DNA of 54,287 nt, counting the filler, from Jimgerdemannia flammicorona (Eukaryota): the NCBI GenBank assembly GCA_003990765.1. It is 2 parts of 2 records of this genome, joined end to end, with 100 filler letters (N's around TTAATTAATTAA, not from the genome) between each part and the next. Parts side by side here need not be neighbours in the genome. Positions count along the whole stretch, not along the records: positions 1 to 27,100 come from RBNJ01000662.1; positions 27,201 to 54,287 come from RBNJ01000663.1. The stretch is one strand, 5' to 3'. Both the position numbers and the translations under genes were made by a program. This document shows, piece by piece, positions 26,117 to 39,697 of the stretch; positions within the stretch are counted from its first letter, which is position 1; each line of letters starts with the position of its first letter. The notes under the pieces were generated by a model, which was given only the letters and a program-made list of their open reading frames with translations, made no database searches and was not told where the DNA came from.

Positions 26117-27007
26117 TCTTTCTCCTAAATAAGAATCTTCTTAAACATTCTTATTCATTGGTCCAGTTCTGAAAAATTTGCTGATTCCATAACCTCTGAT
26201 AGAGAGTCAAAAAGTAGTATTTATGGACTAGAATCTTCCCTATATATTTTGGTATGATAGTGAAGAGTCACTCTCTTTATAGTATAGAGTAAGGACCTGA
26301 TTCTGATCTTGACCAATCAGTTGATGGTTCAAACTCCTCTGGCTTTGAAAGTCTCATAGATGAGTAGTTGCTAGTACTATATCTCTTAAAGAATAGTCCA
26401 GACAGATTGCCTACTGGTTATGAGATATGCTGTTATAATTCATAAACTAGAACCTTATGAGTAGTTATCATATTTTGCTTCTCTTATATAGATTCATAGT
26501 ACTTCTTAAGTCTGTTCCTATATACCATAATAGGCAGTATAGTCTCTGAGAGCTTTCTAAGCCAGAAGGTAGTTTTCTTGATATCTTACACATAGAAGGG
26601 TCCTTCCCATTTGGGCTCCAGTTTTTGCAACCATGAGGCTTCTACCATATTTTGATATAGTAGGACCTTTTCTCTGATTTGGATGGGTTCTAGGGTCTTG
26701 TGATTCTTTTCTGCATTCTTTCTTATCAGTATTTGTAACTTGATGATATAATCTTCAGCCTTCTTCCTGATTTGGTATACTCTCTGGATTTCTGAGTCAA
26801 TCAGTCTCTATATTAAATCTAGATTTGTAGCTAAGGTTCTATCAGAATCTTCTTTTCTGAAAAGTAGTTCTCTTGGAGTAAAGTATGTACTCTGTAACCA
26901 TATATCTCATAGAATAGAGAGGGCAGTTGGGAGGTAGTTATCCCAATTGTCATATGTGTCTGAGATCTTTGCTAGGATGTTTTTGAAGGTCTTATTGGTT
27001 CTCTCTA

Positions 27008-27008
<1 letters not shown>

Positions 27009-27100
<92 letters not shown>
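27009..27100 (-). repeat. Poly(T) run, probable poly(A) tail of a minus-strand LINE, running into the gap
   Basis: About 92 T interrupting the Gypsy integrase. The LINEs beyond the gap have the matching orientation. Confidence 0.6.
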
Positions 27101-27200
27101 NNNNNNNNNNNNNNNNNNNNNNNNNNNNNNNNNNNNNNNNNNNNTTAATTAATTAANNNNNNNNNNNNNNNNNNNNNNNNNNNNNNNNNNNNNNNNNNNN
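27101..27200. other. Assembly gap with artificial TTAATTAATTAA six-frame-stop spacer
   Basis: N-run / ttaattaattaa / N-run totalling 100 nt. Confidence 0.95.
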
Positions 27201-29225
27201 TACAAATAGCCAGTGTCCAGCCAGCCCAACCCAAATAGCCAATGCCCAGCCTAACGTAATCCACTCTTCCCCTACCCCTCCTATCAATCGATCCCTCAGG
27301 TCCTCCCACCTCCCCCGTACATCATCCCCCCTACGCCTTACCCCCAACTGCCTTCCTTACCTCATCAATCTCATAACCCTCCTCCTTCAGGAAGATTGCA
27401 AGAATCTCCACCTTCAGTGCCTCCACCACTCCATCTCCTTGCAGAATTTACACCCAATACTCCTCAGGCATTACATGGAGGTCCACTTCTCCCAATGCCT
27501 CAGCTGTGAGGTTATCTATCACTTTGCTTATCCACAGCAGGTTCCCCACCTCCTTCCCTCCCAGAGTCCCTGGCTGCCCCAACATCATGGTATCTGCTCC
27601 TGCACTGGCAGCCTCATCCCACTCCTCCTCCAAGATATCCACTAGCTCATCTTCACCAACTGCCACCACCTGGCCCCCTTTCACCACATCTGGGACTCCA
27701 AAGTGAACTTGCTGGGCTCTCTGCATCAGTACATCCTCTGCTACCCCTCTCTTCCCAATTGGGCCCTTCCTGATAAGCAGGGGGGTGGGTGCCATCCAAC
27801 TCCTACTCCTAAACCTCGAATGTACCATCAGCATAAGAATCCTTACCCAATATCTTCCCAGCCCCTCTCTTGTTTGCCTCTACCTCCTTTCCTCCTTTAC
27901 CAGTCCAGACACTGGCTTCGATGCCTCCAGCCTCCACAGCCCCATCTAACTTCTTCTTTGCCCCTCCTGTCATATTTGCCAAAAGCTCCCTCTGTTTCTT
28001 TTGCCCCTGGGCCTGCTCTCACTATCTCTTGTCTATGCAGATATGCTTCCCCTCCACAATCTCCAAGTGTATTGACTCGACATATTCTTTCCAGACCTTT
28101 GCCCTCTGCTCAACAGCCCCACTCATCTCTTCCAAAGCCTCCAGTAGATCCTCCTCCTCCTCCTCACTCTCTTTCAACCTCAACACTCGACAGCTAAATA
28201 CCCCCCACATCATCACTACTGGCCAGTCACTCATCTTCCCTGTAGCCTCCTTCCCTGCTAATTGAATCCTGACATCCACATCCCCAGTCCTTATGGCAGT
28301 CTCCTCCCAAATCTGGAAACCAATATCCATGACATTGCCATACTCAGCTATCACCTCCTCAACCCTCCTCCTCATCTCAACTGCTGTCACCATAGGTACT
28401 CCCTTCACCAACAGCTGCACCACCCTGGGGTCTCATCTCAGGCAATACACCATAGGGACCACTATCTCCCCAACTACCACTCTAGTCCTCAGAGTCTCAT
28501 CCAGCATACCCACCTCCTCAAAACCCACCTCAACCCCCTCTAGCCCCTTCAGAAACTTCACTGAGGCTGCTCCAGCCACCTGCTTCGAGATGAGCCCCAA
28601 TACCATCCTCACCATCAGAGCTAAGCCCCAGAAGTACAAGGTGGCCATAAACTCTGAGATGGATTTCTTGAGTAATGGTGCTACTGCCAGCCCCATCACA
28701 CCATTGGCCAGGTCCCCCTTCCTCTTTGGGCCCATCTGTCCAGCCCCTACATCAATAGTCATATCTGGATTTTTTTCTAGATTCTCCATCATGCCACCAT
28801 CAGTAATCTTGCCACTACTACTAGCAGCTACTCCACTTCCTCCACTTCCCACCAGTGAAGGCCCAGCTCCCCCAGCATTTCCAATCTTCTGCTTCCCCTT
28901 CCCACCTGTCTGTCCACTACAGGCTCCCATCAGCCAACCCCCAGTCCTCAGCATATCTACAAAGCTCCTTCCCTGCTGCCCTCCAGTCCCCCCATCAGTG
29001 CCTCCTCCACTGCCCAAGCTGCCCTGCCCACTTGAGCCACCGAAAGACCCCATCCCCAGCCTATACCCTCTTCTGACATATTGCTAGTCGAAGGCCCCAG
29101 GTTCACCCAACCTAGTATGTATGTCAGCTTACTTGCTGATTGACATTGCCTTAATATCTTTCTCCAATAAATGATTTGAAAGTATGTTGTAAAAGTGTGT
29201 GTAATGTGAATTGTAGCAGAGAAAG
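27201..29225 (-). mobile_element. L1-type LINE copy A: 5' end plus ORF1, truncated by the gap
   Basis: ORF1 from about 29146 is clearly paralogous to 31424-33400 (KFLKGLEGVEVGFEEVG, KGVPMV..VEMR.RVEEV.AEY, EEEEDLLEALE.MSGAVE). Shares the 5' motif tacaattcacatta. Confidence 0.8.
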
Positions 29226-32200
29226 ATATTCAACTATCTCCCTAAGCATCTCAACATCTGCTACCAAGCTAAGTCCAACTACCATATCATCAGCAAAGGC
29301 CCCCACCTTCCACACCACACTATATACAGCAAGCCATACCACCTTCTGTTGTATCCTATCCATCAAAGGTTCCAATGAAAGAACATAGAGGATAGGAGAC
29401 AGTGGATCTCCCTGAGGAACTCCTCTTCCCAAGGAGAATACCAGACTCTAGTGACCATTACACACTAGTACTACCCACTGCTCTCTAACAGATTTAACAT
29501 AGAAACTCAAAATTATAAGGGAACACCAATGCTATCCAGTACCTTGTCCAGCCACACCCTCCAAACATGGTCATAGGCCTTCTCCTGGTCCAGAAAAACC
29601 AATCTTTCATCCAATCCACAAGCCCATGCCCCCTCAATAATGCTATGAACCCAGGCTGTCCCATCTCTGATGAGCCAACCTCTAACAATGCCCTGCTGCT
29701 CATCACCCAGCATCTGTTGGGCAACCTTCTATAGCCTTGCAACAATCACCTTGGTCACTATCTTCCTGTCCATATCCAGAAGTATGATCAGTCTCCAGTT
29801 CTTTCAGTTCCCTCTCCTCTCCTTATCTTTGTACAACAAGATCACTAACCCCAAGTCCTGTTCCCCAACCCACTCCCCATTCAAAGAACATAGTCACAGA
29901 GGGCTGCTATTTCTCCTAGAACTCCAGGAACCTTCGCCCTCTTCTTTCTAAAGTTCCAAGGTAGCCCATCCTCTCCTGGTGCCATCCCAAGCTTAGTTGC
30001 TACAATGACTCTCTAAATCTCCTCCTCTTGGACTGAAAGGATCAAGTCACCAAGGCCCTCCACTCAGAGTGGTTTCCAATTCTCCAGCATATTTCCAATT
30101 GCCTCCTCATCTGCACCCCCTTCTTCCTCACACTACAGACCCCTCCACCTCTCCTTCAGTATCCCCAAGATCTGTTGCATGCCATGCACCATCTCCCCCT
30201 CTGTATCCAGAACCCCATCTCATTGATGCCACACCCTCCTGGCCTGGAGGAGCCATGACAAGTACTTTGTAGACCTCTCCTTCTCCTCAAGACCCTACTA
30301 TCTCAGCCTAGCTACCATTCCTTTCACATGCATCTCCTCCTCCTCTCTCAACACCTGTTGCAGCTCCATCACCTCCAATTTTGCTCATACCAACCTCCAA
30401 TTATCTACCTTGCCAGAATTTAACAAATCTGCCCATCATCTGCAATCTAACCAACTGATTGGAAGCTCTTCCTTCTCTACTTCCCTGTCTCCCTGCCAGC
30501 CCCTCCTCAGTAAATCAGTGCAGTCTCTTTCAACTTTAACCATCAGATACCCACTGGCAAACTCTCATGTATCCAGCCAGCAATCTTCACTTGGATGTCC
30601 TCCATCCATAGATCCTACAAAACCTTCTCAGCCAGCAGAGAGGAGTTAAGGTACCAATGTCTGAGTCCATCTCCACTCCCCCCAAACTGCCCCTGCCCCA
30701 AGAGATCCCAATGGTCAGACTACAGGCACCACTCAATATCCAGAGACTTCCAAACATCCATTCCCCAGCATTCAGCTGTCAGGATCCAGTCAATTCTTGT
30801 ACCCAGTCTATTCACTCAGTATGTGTAAATCCTTCTGTCTCTCCACCCTGTCCTCCTCATATCCCCCAGTGAACTAAGATTCTCCACCTCCTCTCACATG
30901 TCCAAGCCACCACTCCTACCACCAGCACTCCTTCCTCCATCAGTTCTATCCATCTGAATATCCCACACCATATTAAAGTCTCTACTCAGAATATTGACCC
31001 CCTACTCCAGTAGAGAGACCTCTTCCAAAAGACCCTTAATCCAAGCAATCCACTACCCTCTAACTGCTGGGCAGTAGCAAGATCCAACCTTCACTGGTAC
31101 CCATCCAGGTCTATGTCACTCTCTCCATACCAAATGATCTCCCCAGCTTCTTATTCCACCTAAGTCTCCTTTACCACCTCACACTAAAATTACCACTTTG
31201 CCAATCTAAGCTGCAGATCCTCTCCATTCTCTGGTCCATGTCTCCTGATTCACATCATTCTCACATTGGACATCCTGTAGTAGAAAGAGATCAGCCTCCA
31301 ATCTCTTAAGCTAATTAAAAATATTCTTATGCTATCCAGAATCCTGTAGACTATTCACATTCAGAGAAAACATGTTGGTTATACTGTTCATTAAGAATAA
31401 TATTTAGAAGTTCTGCTCATCCTCTATAAGTTCATATTCATCTCTTCCCTTGCCAAGTCCAGAATGTATTTGTTATCTACTTCCTTCTCTGCAGCCATCT
31501 TTGCCTCCAATCTCATCAGAAGTTCAGCCATCTCTCCATCCTCCTTTTCCTCAAACTCCTCCCATACTCCAGGCATACCTTCTGCCAAAGCTACAACCCA
31601 TAATGCTCTTTCCAACAGTATGCAGCCCTCTCATCAACCACAATTGCTAGCTCAGCCTCTCTTTCCTTATCAATCTCATACCCCTCCTCCTCTAGGAAAA
31701 TTGCAAGCACCTCAGTCTTCAGCACCTCCACTACACCATCACCATACAAAATCCTCACCCAGTGCTCCTCACTCATCACTCTCAAGTTCACCTCCCCCAA
31801 CTCTTCCACTGCCAAGTTGTTCATCATCTTGCTTATCCACAGAAGATTCCCCACCTCCTTTTCACCTAGAGATACTGGCCTTCCTGCACTCAGCATTGTC
31901 ATGTCCACTCTAGCACTCACAGACTCATCCCACTCCTCCTCCATAATATCCACCAGCTCATCCTCACCAACTGCCACCAACTGACCCCCTTTCTCTATTG
32001 GAAACTCTAAAATGAACTTGCTGGGTGCCATGTATTGGTACATCCTCCACCCCCCAACCCCTCACCACAGGACCCCTCCTGATAAGAGAGGGGGGAGTAC
32101 CATCTAAGTCCTGTTCCTAGACTTCAAAGGTACCATCTACATATGGGTCACTGGGTGGTAACTTCTCAGCACTCTTCTGACCCTCATCATCATCCCCCCT

Positions 32201-33532
32201 CCCCTTCCCAGCCCAGATACTCTCCTCAGCACCCCCAGCCCCCTCCACATCACTATTATTCTTCTTTGCCCTACCCTCTATACTCACCAACAGCTCTCTC
32301 TGCCTCTTACACCCTTGTGTCCTCTCTCACTACCTCCTATCAGTGTGGATATGCTTTCTATCTACAATCTCCAAATACATTGACTCCACATACTTCTTCC
32401 ATGCCTTTGCTCTCCTCTCAACAGCTCCACTCATCTTCTCCAGAGCCTCTAAGAGATCCTCCTCCTCCTTCTCACTCCCTTTCACCCTTGCCACCTGGCA
32501 GATGAAAGCCCTCCAAAGCATCATCAATGGCCAGTCACATCTTTCCAGTGACCTCCTTCTCTGCCAGTCAAATCCTGACATCAATATCTCTAGTTCTAAT
32601 GGTGGTCCCCTCCCAAATCTGAAAACCAATATCTACCACATTGCTGTACTCTGCCATTACCTCCTCAACTCTCTTTCTCATCTCAACCACCATTACCATA
32701 GGCACCCCCTTCACTATTAACTGAACCACTCTGGGGTCCCACCTCAGACAGTACACTATAGGGACCACCACTTCCTCTACAGCCACTCCAGTCTTCAGAG
32801 CCTCTTCTAGTGGACCCACCTCCTCAAAGCCCACCTCAACCCCCTCAAGACCCTTCAGAAACTTCATTGAGGTGGCCTTAGCCACCTGCTTTGAGATAAT
32901 CCCCAAGACCATCCTTGCTGTCACTGCTAAGCCCTAGAAGTACAAGGTCATAACAAACTCTGAAATTAACTTCTTGAGTAATAGTGCCACTACTAGCCCC
33001 ATTACACCATCTGCCAGGTCCTTCTTCCCCTTTGGAAACCCCTGTTTCACCCTGCCATCAGCTGTCACATCTCTTTTTTTTCCTGATTCTCCATTACACT
33101 CCCATCAACAGTTACTCTCCCAGCTACAGAGTCTCCAGCACCTATACTTACATCTCCTGCCTGAGTACTGCTCCCCCTCCCAACACCAGTACTTGTCTTG
33201 CCCTTCCCCTCAGCTGCACCAGCCCTAGAGCCCACTGGCCATCTATACTCCTTCACTTTATCTGCAAAGCTAGGGGGGCCAGGCCTTCCCCTATTTCCAC
33301 CTGACACCAGTCCTCCTCCAGAGCTCTCTCCACTCTTCAACTGTCCAAAGGCCCCCATCCCTAGACCATAACCTCTCCCCACATGCTGTCAGCCAAATAC
33401 CCCAGGTCTACCTGACCCAGTATGCCTGTCAGAACTGTTGCTCAATGATATTTTTATAGTATCTTTTCTCCAAGTTGTGTTGAAAACCATTGCTTGAAGT
33501 TGGTATAATGTGAATTGTATAAGAGAAAAGTG
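29226..33532 (-). mobile_element. L1/Tx1-type LINE copy B: ORF1 plus APE endonuclease and RT, degenerate
   Basis: Endonuclease RIDWIL..SDH about 30710-30800. RT APGEDGLP, WRLIILL..RKIVTK, LDQEKAYDHV, GVPQGDPLSPILYVLSLEPL, AFADD at 29990-29280. 5' junction with Gypsy B at 33532/33533. Confidence 0.9.
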
Positions 33533-35721
33533 TTATTCCTCCTCATCATCACTGTCAGCTTAAAGCTCTGGGGGCTGGTCATCTTCTTTGGCTTTCCTTT
33601 TTGCTTCAGTGACTTCTTGCTCATACTTCTGTTGGCAGATTTTCCTGACTTCACTGATACAGGACCAGCAGTTATTCAGGTGTTCAGAGTGATACATCCT
33701 AGTATCATGAGGGCATCTTTCTTGAGGGGCATAGTCATCGATGATCTTATTGTACCACTGCTCATCTGTGAGCTTGGGTGTCTTGTTCTTATTCTTATTC
33801 TTGTTCACCAAGTGCATAAAGACTTCTGTGTCCTCCTCATCTCCTTCCTCCATATCTGGTAGAACTCCTTTGTAGATATTGATAGAGACTCATATCTTTC
33901 ATCCTCTATAGTTGATCTGCATCTTCTGGACATTGAGATCAATGATGGTCTTGGTCTTGTGAAGTCATTGGTTGCCAATGAGGATGTCATAGTTGGTGGT
34001 GCTTGTAACAATCATATCTACTGGGATGGTAGCTCCTTCTATCTTGATGGAGACTTCTCAGATTTTGCCAAGGGGGGTAGCTTATATATCATCTGCTGTA
34101 ACATAGACCATCTTGGTGGACTCTTCAATGTCCCAGCTTAGGCAGTCAATTGCCTTTTTGCTCATGAGGCATCCTCCAGTACTGGTATCCATGATGGCAT
34201 CAAAGATACAATCTTCGATCTGACATAGAGTATAGGCTGATGTCTTGTGCTGGTCTTCAGATTCTTCATCTGAGTCTTCTTGTGCATTGTGAGCTTTTAC
34301 AATCTTATACTCTTGATTCTTGGTAGTAGTTGCAAGTCCTACTCTCAACTGCTGTCTGAAGGCAGAGACTTTGGCTAGCTGTCCGAAAGTAGTATTGACC
34401 TTCTGTTTCTTGAGGTCCTTGTAGACATCATACTGGTGGATCTTGGTCTTGCACAGCTTCTGTTCCTTCTTGCTTTCACTTTCTCCTGAGACTAGAGTAG
34501 TGCCTTCAATGATTTGGTAGACAGCTTCATCTAACTCTATGTCTTGATCAATCTCCTCAGATTGGGTCTTGCTTTGAATAGTGATAGCTGGGGTCTTCTT
34601 TGGTCTTCCAACTGGCTTACTGTTACTCTTCTTGTCATAGGGCTTGGACTGGATTCTGGTACCTTCAGTAGCAGAGTAGAATTTGAGCTCCTCATAGTAT
34701 TCATCATCATCAGTATCACCAATCTCCTCAATGACTACTGCATTGGTTTGTTCTCTAGTTCTGCTAGCATTACTTGGTTGGGCTTTGCATCTTGTTTCAG
34801 TCATACAACTCTTTGCATAGAGGCCTTCTTCTCCACATCTGAAGTATATAATATTGTGTTCTTCTATAGCAGTTGCAAATCTCTGTACTGGTCTCCTATT
34901 GATACTTCAGACTTCTCTAACAACATTACCAAGGTATGCAGTCATCTCAGCAAACTACTTGGTGTGTTCCTCCACTAGGTCAGCTTTGGCTATCTTGGGG
35001 GTAGGTGGGGATGGTTGTCTGTTTACAACTGTGGTGAGTATGATACTAGTTGGCTTTGATGGCTCCATTTTGATGCCAGTTATTTTCTCTATTGAGTATT
35101 TAGTGGGATATCTGGCAGTCTAATATCTCTGTGCAAAGACCACTTTCTGATTAAGAGTCAGTGCAGCTGGGTAGACTGGATTGTTAGAGCACTTCCTTTG
35201 AGGAAGATTGAATTTGCTATTTGTTTCTTGAGGTAGTCATCATAGCCAGCTAAGATAATCTGGTGACAGACTTAGATATAGAATGAGTTGGGATCTTTGC
35301 TGAGTCTCTGGCAGATAGTATTGAGTTGATTCTTGAGAGCTTACTTGATATCTTCAGTATAATATGTTGTTCTGAGAAAGGCCTTTATGTTGGCAAGTTT
35401 GGCTATACCATTATTAGCAATAGTGGCTGTATTGAACTTGTCTCTGGCAGGTCCTCTGAGGCTGACAGGTAGAAGAGCCAATTGCGCATCCACACCAAGA
35501 GCTCATATGTTGGCAAATTATTCAAAGTCTTCAATGAAGGTCAGGATTGACTCTTTAGTAGTATATCTATAGAATGTGGGGGGGGTATATTTCTATCTTA
35601 TCTTGAATTCTTGCAGGGGTGACTCTTGTAGTCAGAGTAGTTGTTGTGGTGATTATTTGTTTTTCAGCTTAAAAGTGAGGGATTTGTCTTGAATCACCAG
35701 CCAATGGGCACCAAGTTGTTA

Positions 35722-37287
35722 TGTAGTAGTTACTGAGTCCTTCAAATATATCAGATTCTCTTTAAGGTATATCTCTTAGACTAACTCAAGTTTGTTATAA
35801 GTAAGTTCTTATTGGAGTGCCTTTCTAAGGTCTTATAGTCCTCAAACTTCTTATCTTTAAACTGTCTTGTTATCTCTTTAGATTGCTTATAAGGAATTGT
35901 GTATATTATACTGAGTAGACTGACTTTATTTTAGAGAAAATAAGAGGGGTCTTTATACAAAATATAATTCAATGGTTGTTAAGATATAAAGCTAAATATA
36001 AATTCTAATAACTAAAATAAAATGCCAGGATATGGAAAACTGTTAAGTTCCAGTGTTGGTACTAATGGTTGTACAGGTTCAGGATGCTGGTGTAATTTCA
36101 GTGATATAGGAAAATAGTGCTGGAATAATTCTGAGTCACATCAGAATGCTAGTGGAGGAACAGCTGTTACATAGGAAAAGAGTGCAGTATAACTAAAGGA
36201 CTTTTAGGGCAGAATGTTCAGGACCATAGGAGCTTCATCCTTATCAGAGGTCAGGATATCTTTGAAGAAGATGAGGTCTGTGAATGTTTTGTCCATCTTA
36301 TTGTTATCACATAGGTCACATATTTCATGTATGTCATGTGGGATGATATTATTGCTGATAACATTATCACATTCAGTGGCAGCAGGAACAAGGAGATCTG
36401 GAGCTCTCCAGTCTATGAGGTTCTCTTCCTTGAAATAGGAGATAAATATGGAGTCTTGGGGAGGTCTAATCTGGATACTTGGGTCTTGGAATACTGAGAT
36501 CAATCCTTGCAGGAATTGGTCTGAGTTGTCCTGGATGATGGGATGCCAGAAGTCTTCTACTTCATCACTATTGAGGGTAATAGTGGACTGGGCTTCTGTG
36601 GCCACTCTGACTTTTAGTGCATTGCTACAGTAGACTGACAGGTCTCTGAAGTCTGAGACTCTAATATACTCTAAGTTGGAGATCAACTATGATGTATGTC
36701 TGAAGATCTGATAGATCTTCTTAGCTGTCCTTGTTTTACATATATCCATGAGAGTGGCATCTTGTAACTCTTGAGGGATGGTCTGTTGGAACTTCCAGCA
36801 GAGGAGGTTTTCTATTTCATACTTCTACCACATTTGGAGATATTTGGTAGCAATGGTGATCCTTGTTTCCATTTTATAGCAGTAGAGGATAAAGTGATAA
36901 GGATCTGCAGTACTCAGGTTGATACTAGGAGTCTCTCTTATGTGGGTCCTCATAGCTCTTCTGATGTCTTGGAATATTCTTTCTTTAACTGAGGGGCCTT
37001 GGTGATTCTTTGACCTTGAGGTTTGGTGAGCAGCAGACATTTCATTTTTAGTAAGTCTTTGAGCTATTTTGGGATTGGTGGGTCTTGTTGAGTTGCTGCT
37101 GCTACAGTTCCTTGATCCTTCTTTTATATTCCTCAAGATACATACCTATACTGTGGTCATAATGACTCACAGTTAGTCATAATTGCTCATCTTATATGCT
37201 ATATGATCTTCTTGTACTCTGATCTGGTGGCTTTCAAGGAAAGGCTGTCTTCTGTGCTGATGTCATTATTCTGGGGTCACTGTTACA
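35722..37287 (-). repeat. LTR-B, 5' copy
   Basis: tgtag..ttaca termini, adjacent PBS, TATA GTATAAAGACCCC at about 35946-35958 on the minus strand. Confidence 0.88.
36204..37190 (-). pseudogene. LTR-B U3-embedded ORF, about 329 codons with a few in-frame stops
   Basis: ORFs 36825-37136 and 36204-36686 are one frame joined through TAG stops: ..ERIFQDIRRAM..INLSTADPYHFILYCYKM..LQMW*KYEIENLLC..RTAKKIYQIFRHTS*LISNLEYIRVSDFRDLS.. The start codon is uncertain. Confidence 0.8.
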
Positions 37288-39110
37288 ATATATAAGCTAA
37301 ATCTCTTAGTAATTTTAGAAAGAATTTATCTAGTATTTTACATATATATCTCAACTTCAACTGTATACTCTAAACACCTTTGAAGGAAGAACTGTATCAC
37401 TCTCAGATCTAATTATTATCAATCAGTAATCAGAATAAAAAGTTAATTATATTTTAGATTATAAAGACTAATAATTTAAATAAGCTGTCAAGTCTACCTA
37501 TTACAATCTAGTAAAATAGAAAAGATATCCTAAATATAATACCATCTGGAGAAAAGAGAATAATCTGATATAAATATCTAGTATAATGAAAATTCTAATA
37601 GAATTTTCAAAGAGCAGTCATATTACTGACAAGTTAAGTATAATATAAATAGTCAACAATAATTAACAAATCAAAAGCAAGATTATAATAGCCATTCTTA
37701 TAGCTATTGAATATCAATAGACCTCTACTGAACCACCTTCTGTCAATATATAAATTTCTAAATGCTCTGATCTGAATAAAGCCCAATAATATCTTAGAAG
37801 AATTCAATACTTTTAAACCTTCTACTACTAATAGAAACTGAAAGAATACTATAAAATAAGACAGATCAATTATCAACAAGCTATACTTGATAAGGCCAAA
37901 TAGTTATTCTGTCATTTTATTGATAACTATACCTATATTATCACTAAGAGACTATATTTTCTTTTCTATATACAACTCTAAATCCTTGATCATCTCTGTA
38001 AAATATCTTCTAAAAATATTACCCATTTGACTAATGAATATTAAAGAGATATTACTTTTTAAGTAGTCCAGTATACAGTTCTTTAGTTTAATAAATATCT
38101 AGAAATTTAATATAGAATTAATGAGTAGATTCTGATAAAAAAGATAAAACTATAATATTTCATTATATAATAACAACTTAATAAAAATTCTAATAGAAAT
38201 ACTAATAAAAATTACAATAGAATCTTCTATAGAAATTCTAATATAGTTGTCATATATACTATATAGTATAACTATATATAAATATATCCAGTATACTATA
38301 TTTAGCTAGAGCTCCAAATCTGTATATTGTGGCGTTGGTTATGTATAATGAACTTCGTCTGCACGGCTCAATATGTGCCACTTGGTGAAGCGCGCGATGG
38401 ATGTGAGTGCGTTCGCGACGGTTACGGGTCGATGGTCACGTGATCGGGTCGTTCGAAACGTGTGATAATAGCGGGACTTCGATTGTTCAATGATGGTGGC
38501 TCAGGACGTCGATGGTGGCTCGATTGTTTAGTGGATAAGGGCGGCGATTATGCTGGCTAAGTTTCCTGGCGGCAAACTCGGCGACGACGGTCTTGATGGT
38601 CTTGCTCTTTATGCGGTCAATTAAAGCGGTCGACGGTCTTGACTTTAAGCGGTTCGTGGCGCAGTAGGTCGGAAATCGGAGAAGCGGAGGTTGACGGCTC
38701 GCTCGTCCGTCTTGGTTAACTTGAAAGGTTCCTGGCGGTCGTTCGAGTCTTTGGCAGTTGTTCTTGCTAGCTGGCGGGTCTTGTACTGGTATCCTTGAGT
38801 TCCTTGGCTTTTCGGGGTCTTGAATCTCGAATGGCGGCGGTCGGGTAACGTTTTCTTTCTTTCCGTGGCAAGAGAAAATTCTTTTACTCAAACTTCCGAG
38901 CGATCCATTGCTCTAGGTTGTTATCTTGTTCTCAGAATTTATCCGGTCTCTTGGAGGCAGTGTGTTTTCTCTGTAAAACTATCTGACTGAGGTTTATTCA
39001 CTCTAAGAATATGGGTTATTTATACAAGTTTGCTAGCTATGGGCGCGGCTAAGGTATACTACGTTGTGGCAAACTTTGCTATGCTATTGGCTTGCACGAT
39101 GTGAAGGGCT

Positions 39111-39510
39111 GACTTGCTGACAAGACGCTGAAAACGGTTGAGCTGGATAGCAATGCTGGATACGGTTGTGCTGGGTGGCAATGCTGAAAACGGACTTGCT
39201 GACTTGCTGACACGGACGGATATGGATGCGACGATTGTTGCCAGAAGCGGTTGTGGAGGGTAGCAATGCTGAAAACGGACTTGCTGACAAAATGCTGAAA
39301 ACGGTTGCACTGGATAGCAACGCTGGATATGGTTGTGCTGGGTGGCAACGCTGAAAACGGACTTGCTGACTTGCTGACACGGACGGATATGGATGCGATG
39401 ATTGTTGCCAGAAGCGGTTGTGGAGGGTAGCAACGCTGAAAACGGACTTGCTGACAAAATGCTGAAAATGGTGGTACTGGGTAGTAACGCTGGATTCGGA
39501 CTTGCTGACT
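39111..39510. repeat. 167-bp tandem repeat (about 2.3 copies) in LTR-C, candidate U3 enhancer
   Basis: gacttgctgacaa recurs at 39111, 39278 and 39445, built from gctgaaaacgg subrepeats. Lies between the ORF stop and the TATA box. Confidence 0.85.
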
Positions 39511-39697
39511 AAAAGCATGGTTCTCACAGCTGATAGGCGGTACTCTAGAGGGAATAGTACCATTCGTCCGCGGTGGGCAAATCTTGCTGGGTTGCGATTT
39601 CTTCTTCATCATATCTCTCCTCAAAAGGGGGAAGCGCCAGCCAAGAGGTGAGGGGGTAGAAAAGTGGCCAGTCATCTTCAACAACATTCTCCAACCC

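Larger units (their letters stand above)
24521..37287 (-). mobile_element. Ty3/Gypsy element family B with about 1.6-kb LTRs, interrupted by LINEs and an assembly gap
   Basis: LTRs 24521-26116 and 35722-37287. PBS-like TGGTGCCCATTGG at about 35701-35713, PPT at 26117-26130, Gag/Zn knuckle/protease (DAIMDTSTGGCLMS) 35660-33533, integrase C-term (IERTNKTFKN..WD.YLP..KLEPKWEGPF) 27008-26490. No matching TSD, so the two halves may be separate insertions. Confidence 0.8.

Noticed and set aside
27145..27156. ttaattaattaa palindrome between N runs
   Set aside because: Standard artificial scaffolding spacer with stops in all six frames.
37288..38327. AT-rich stretch, continuing 40747-41600 and similar in character to 12950-13700, that may be an ancient TE hosting the nest
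   Set aside because: Too degenerate to assign domains or termini.
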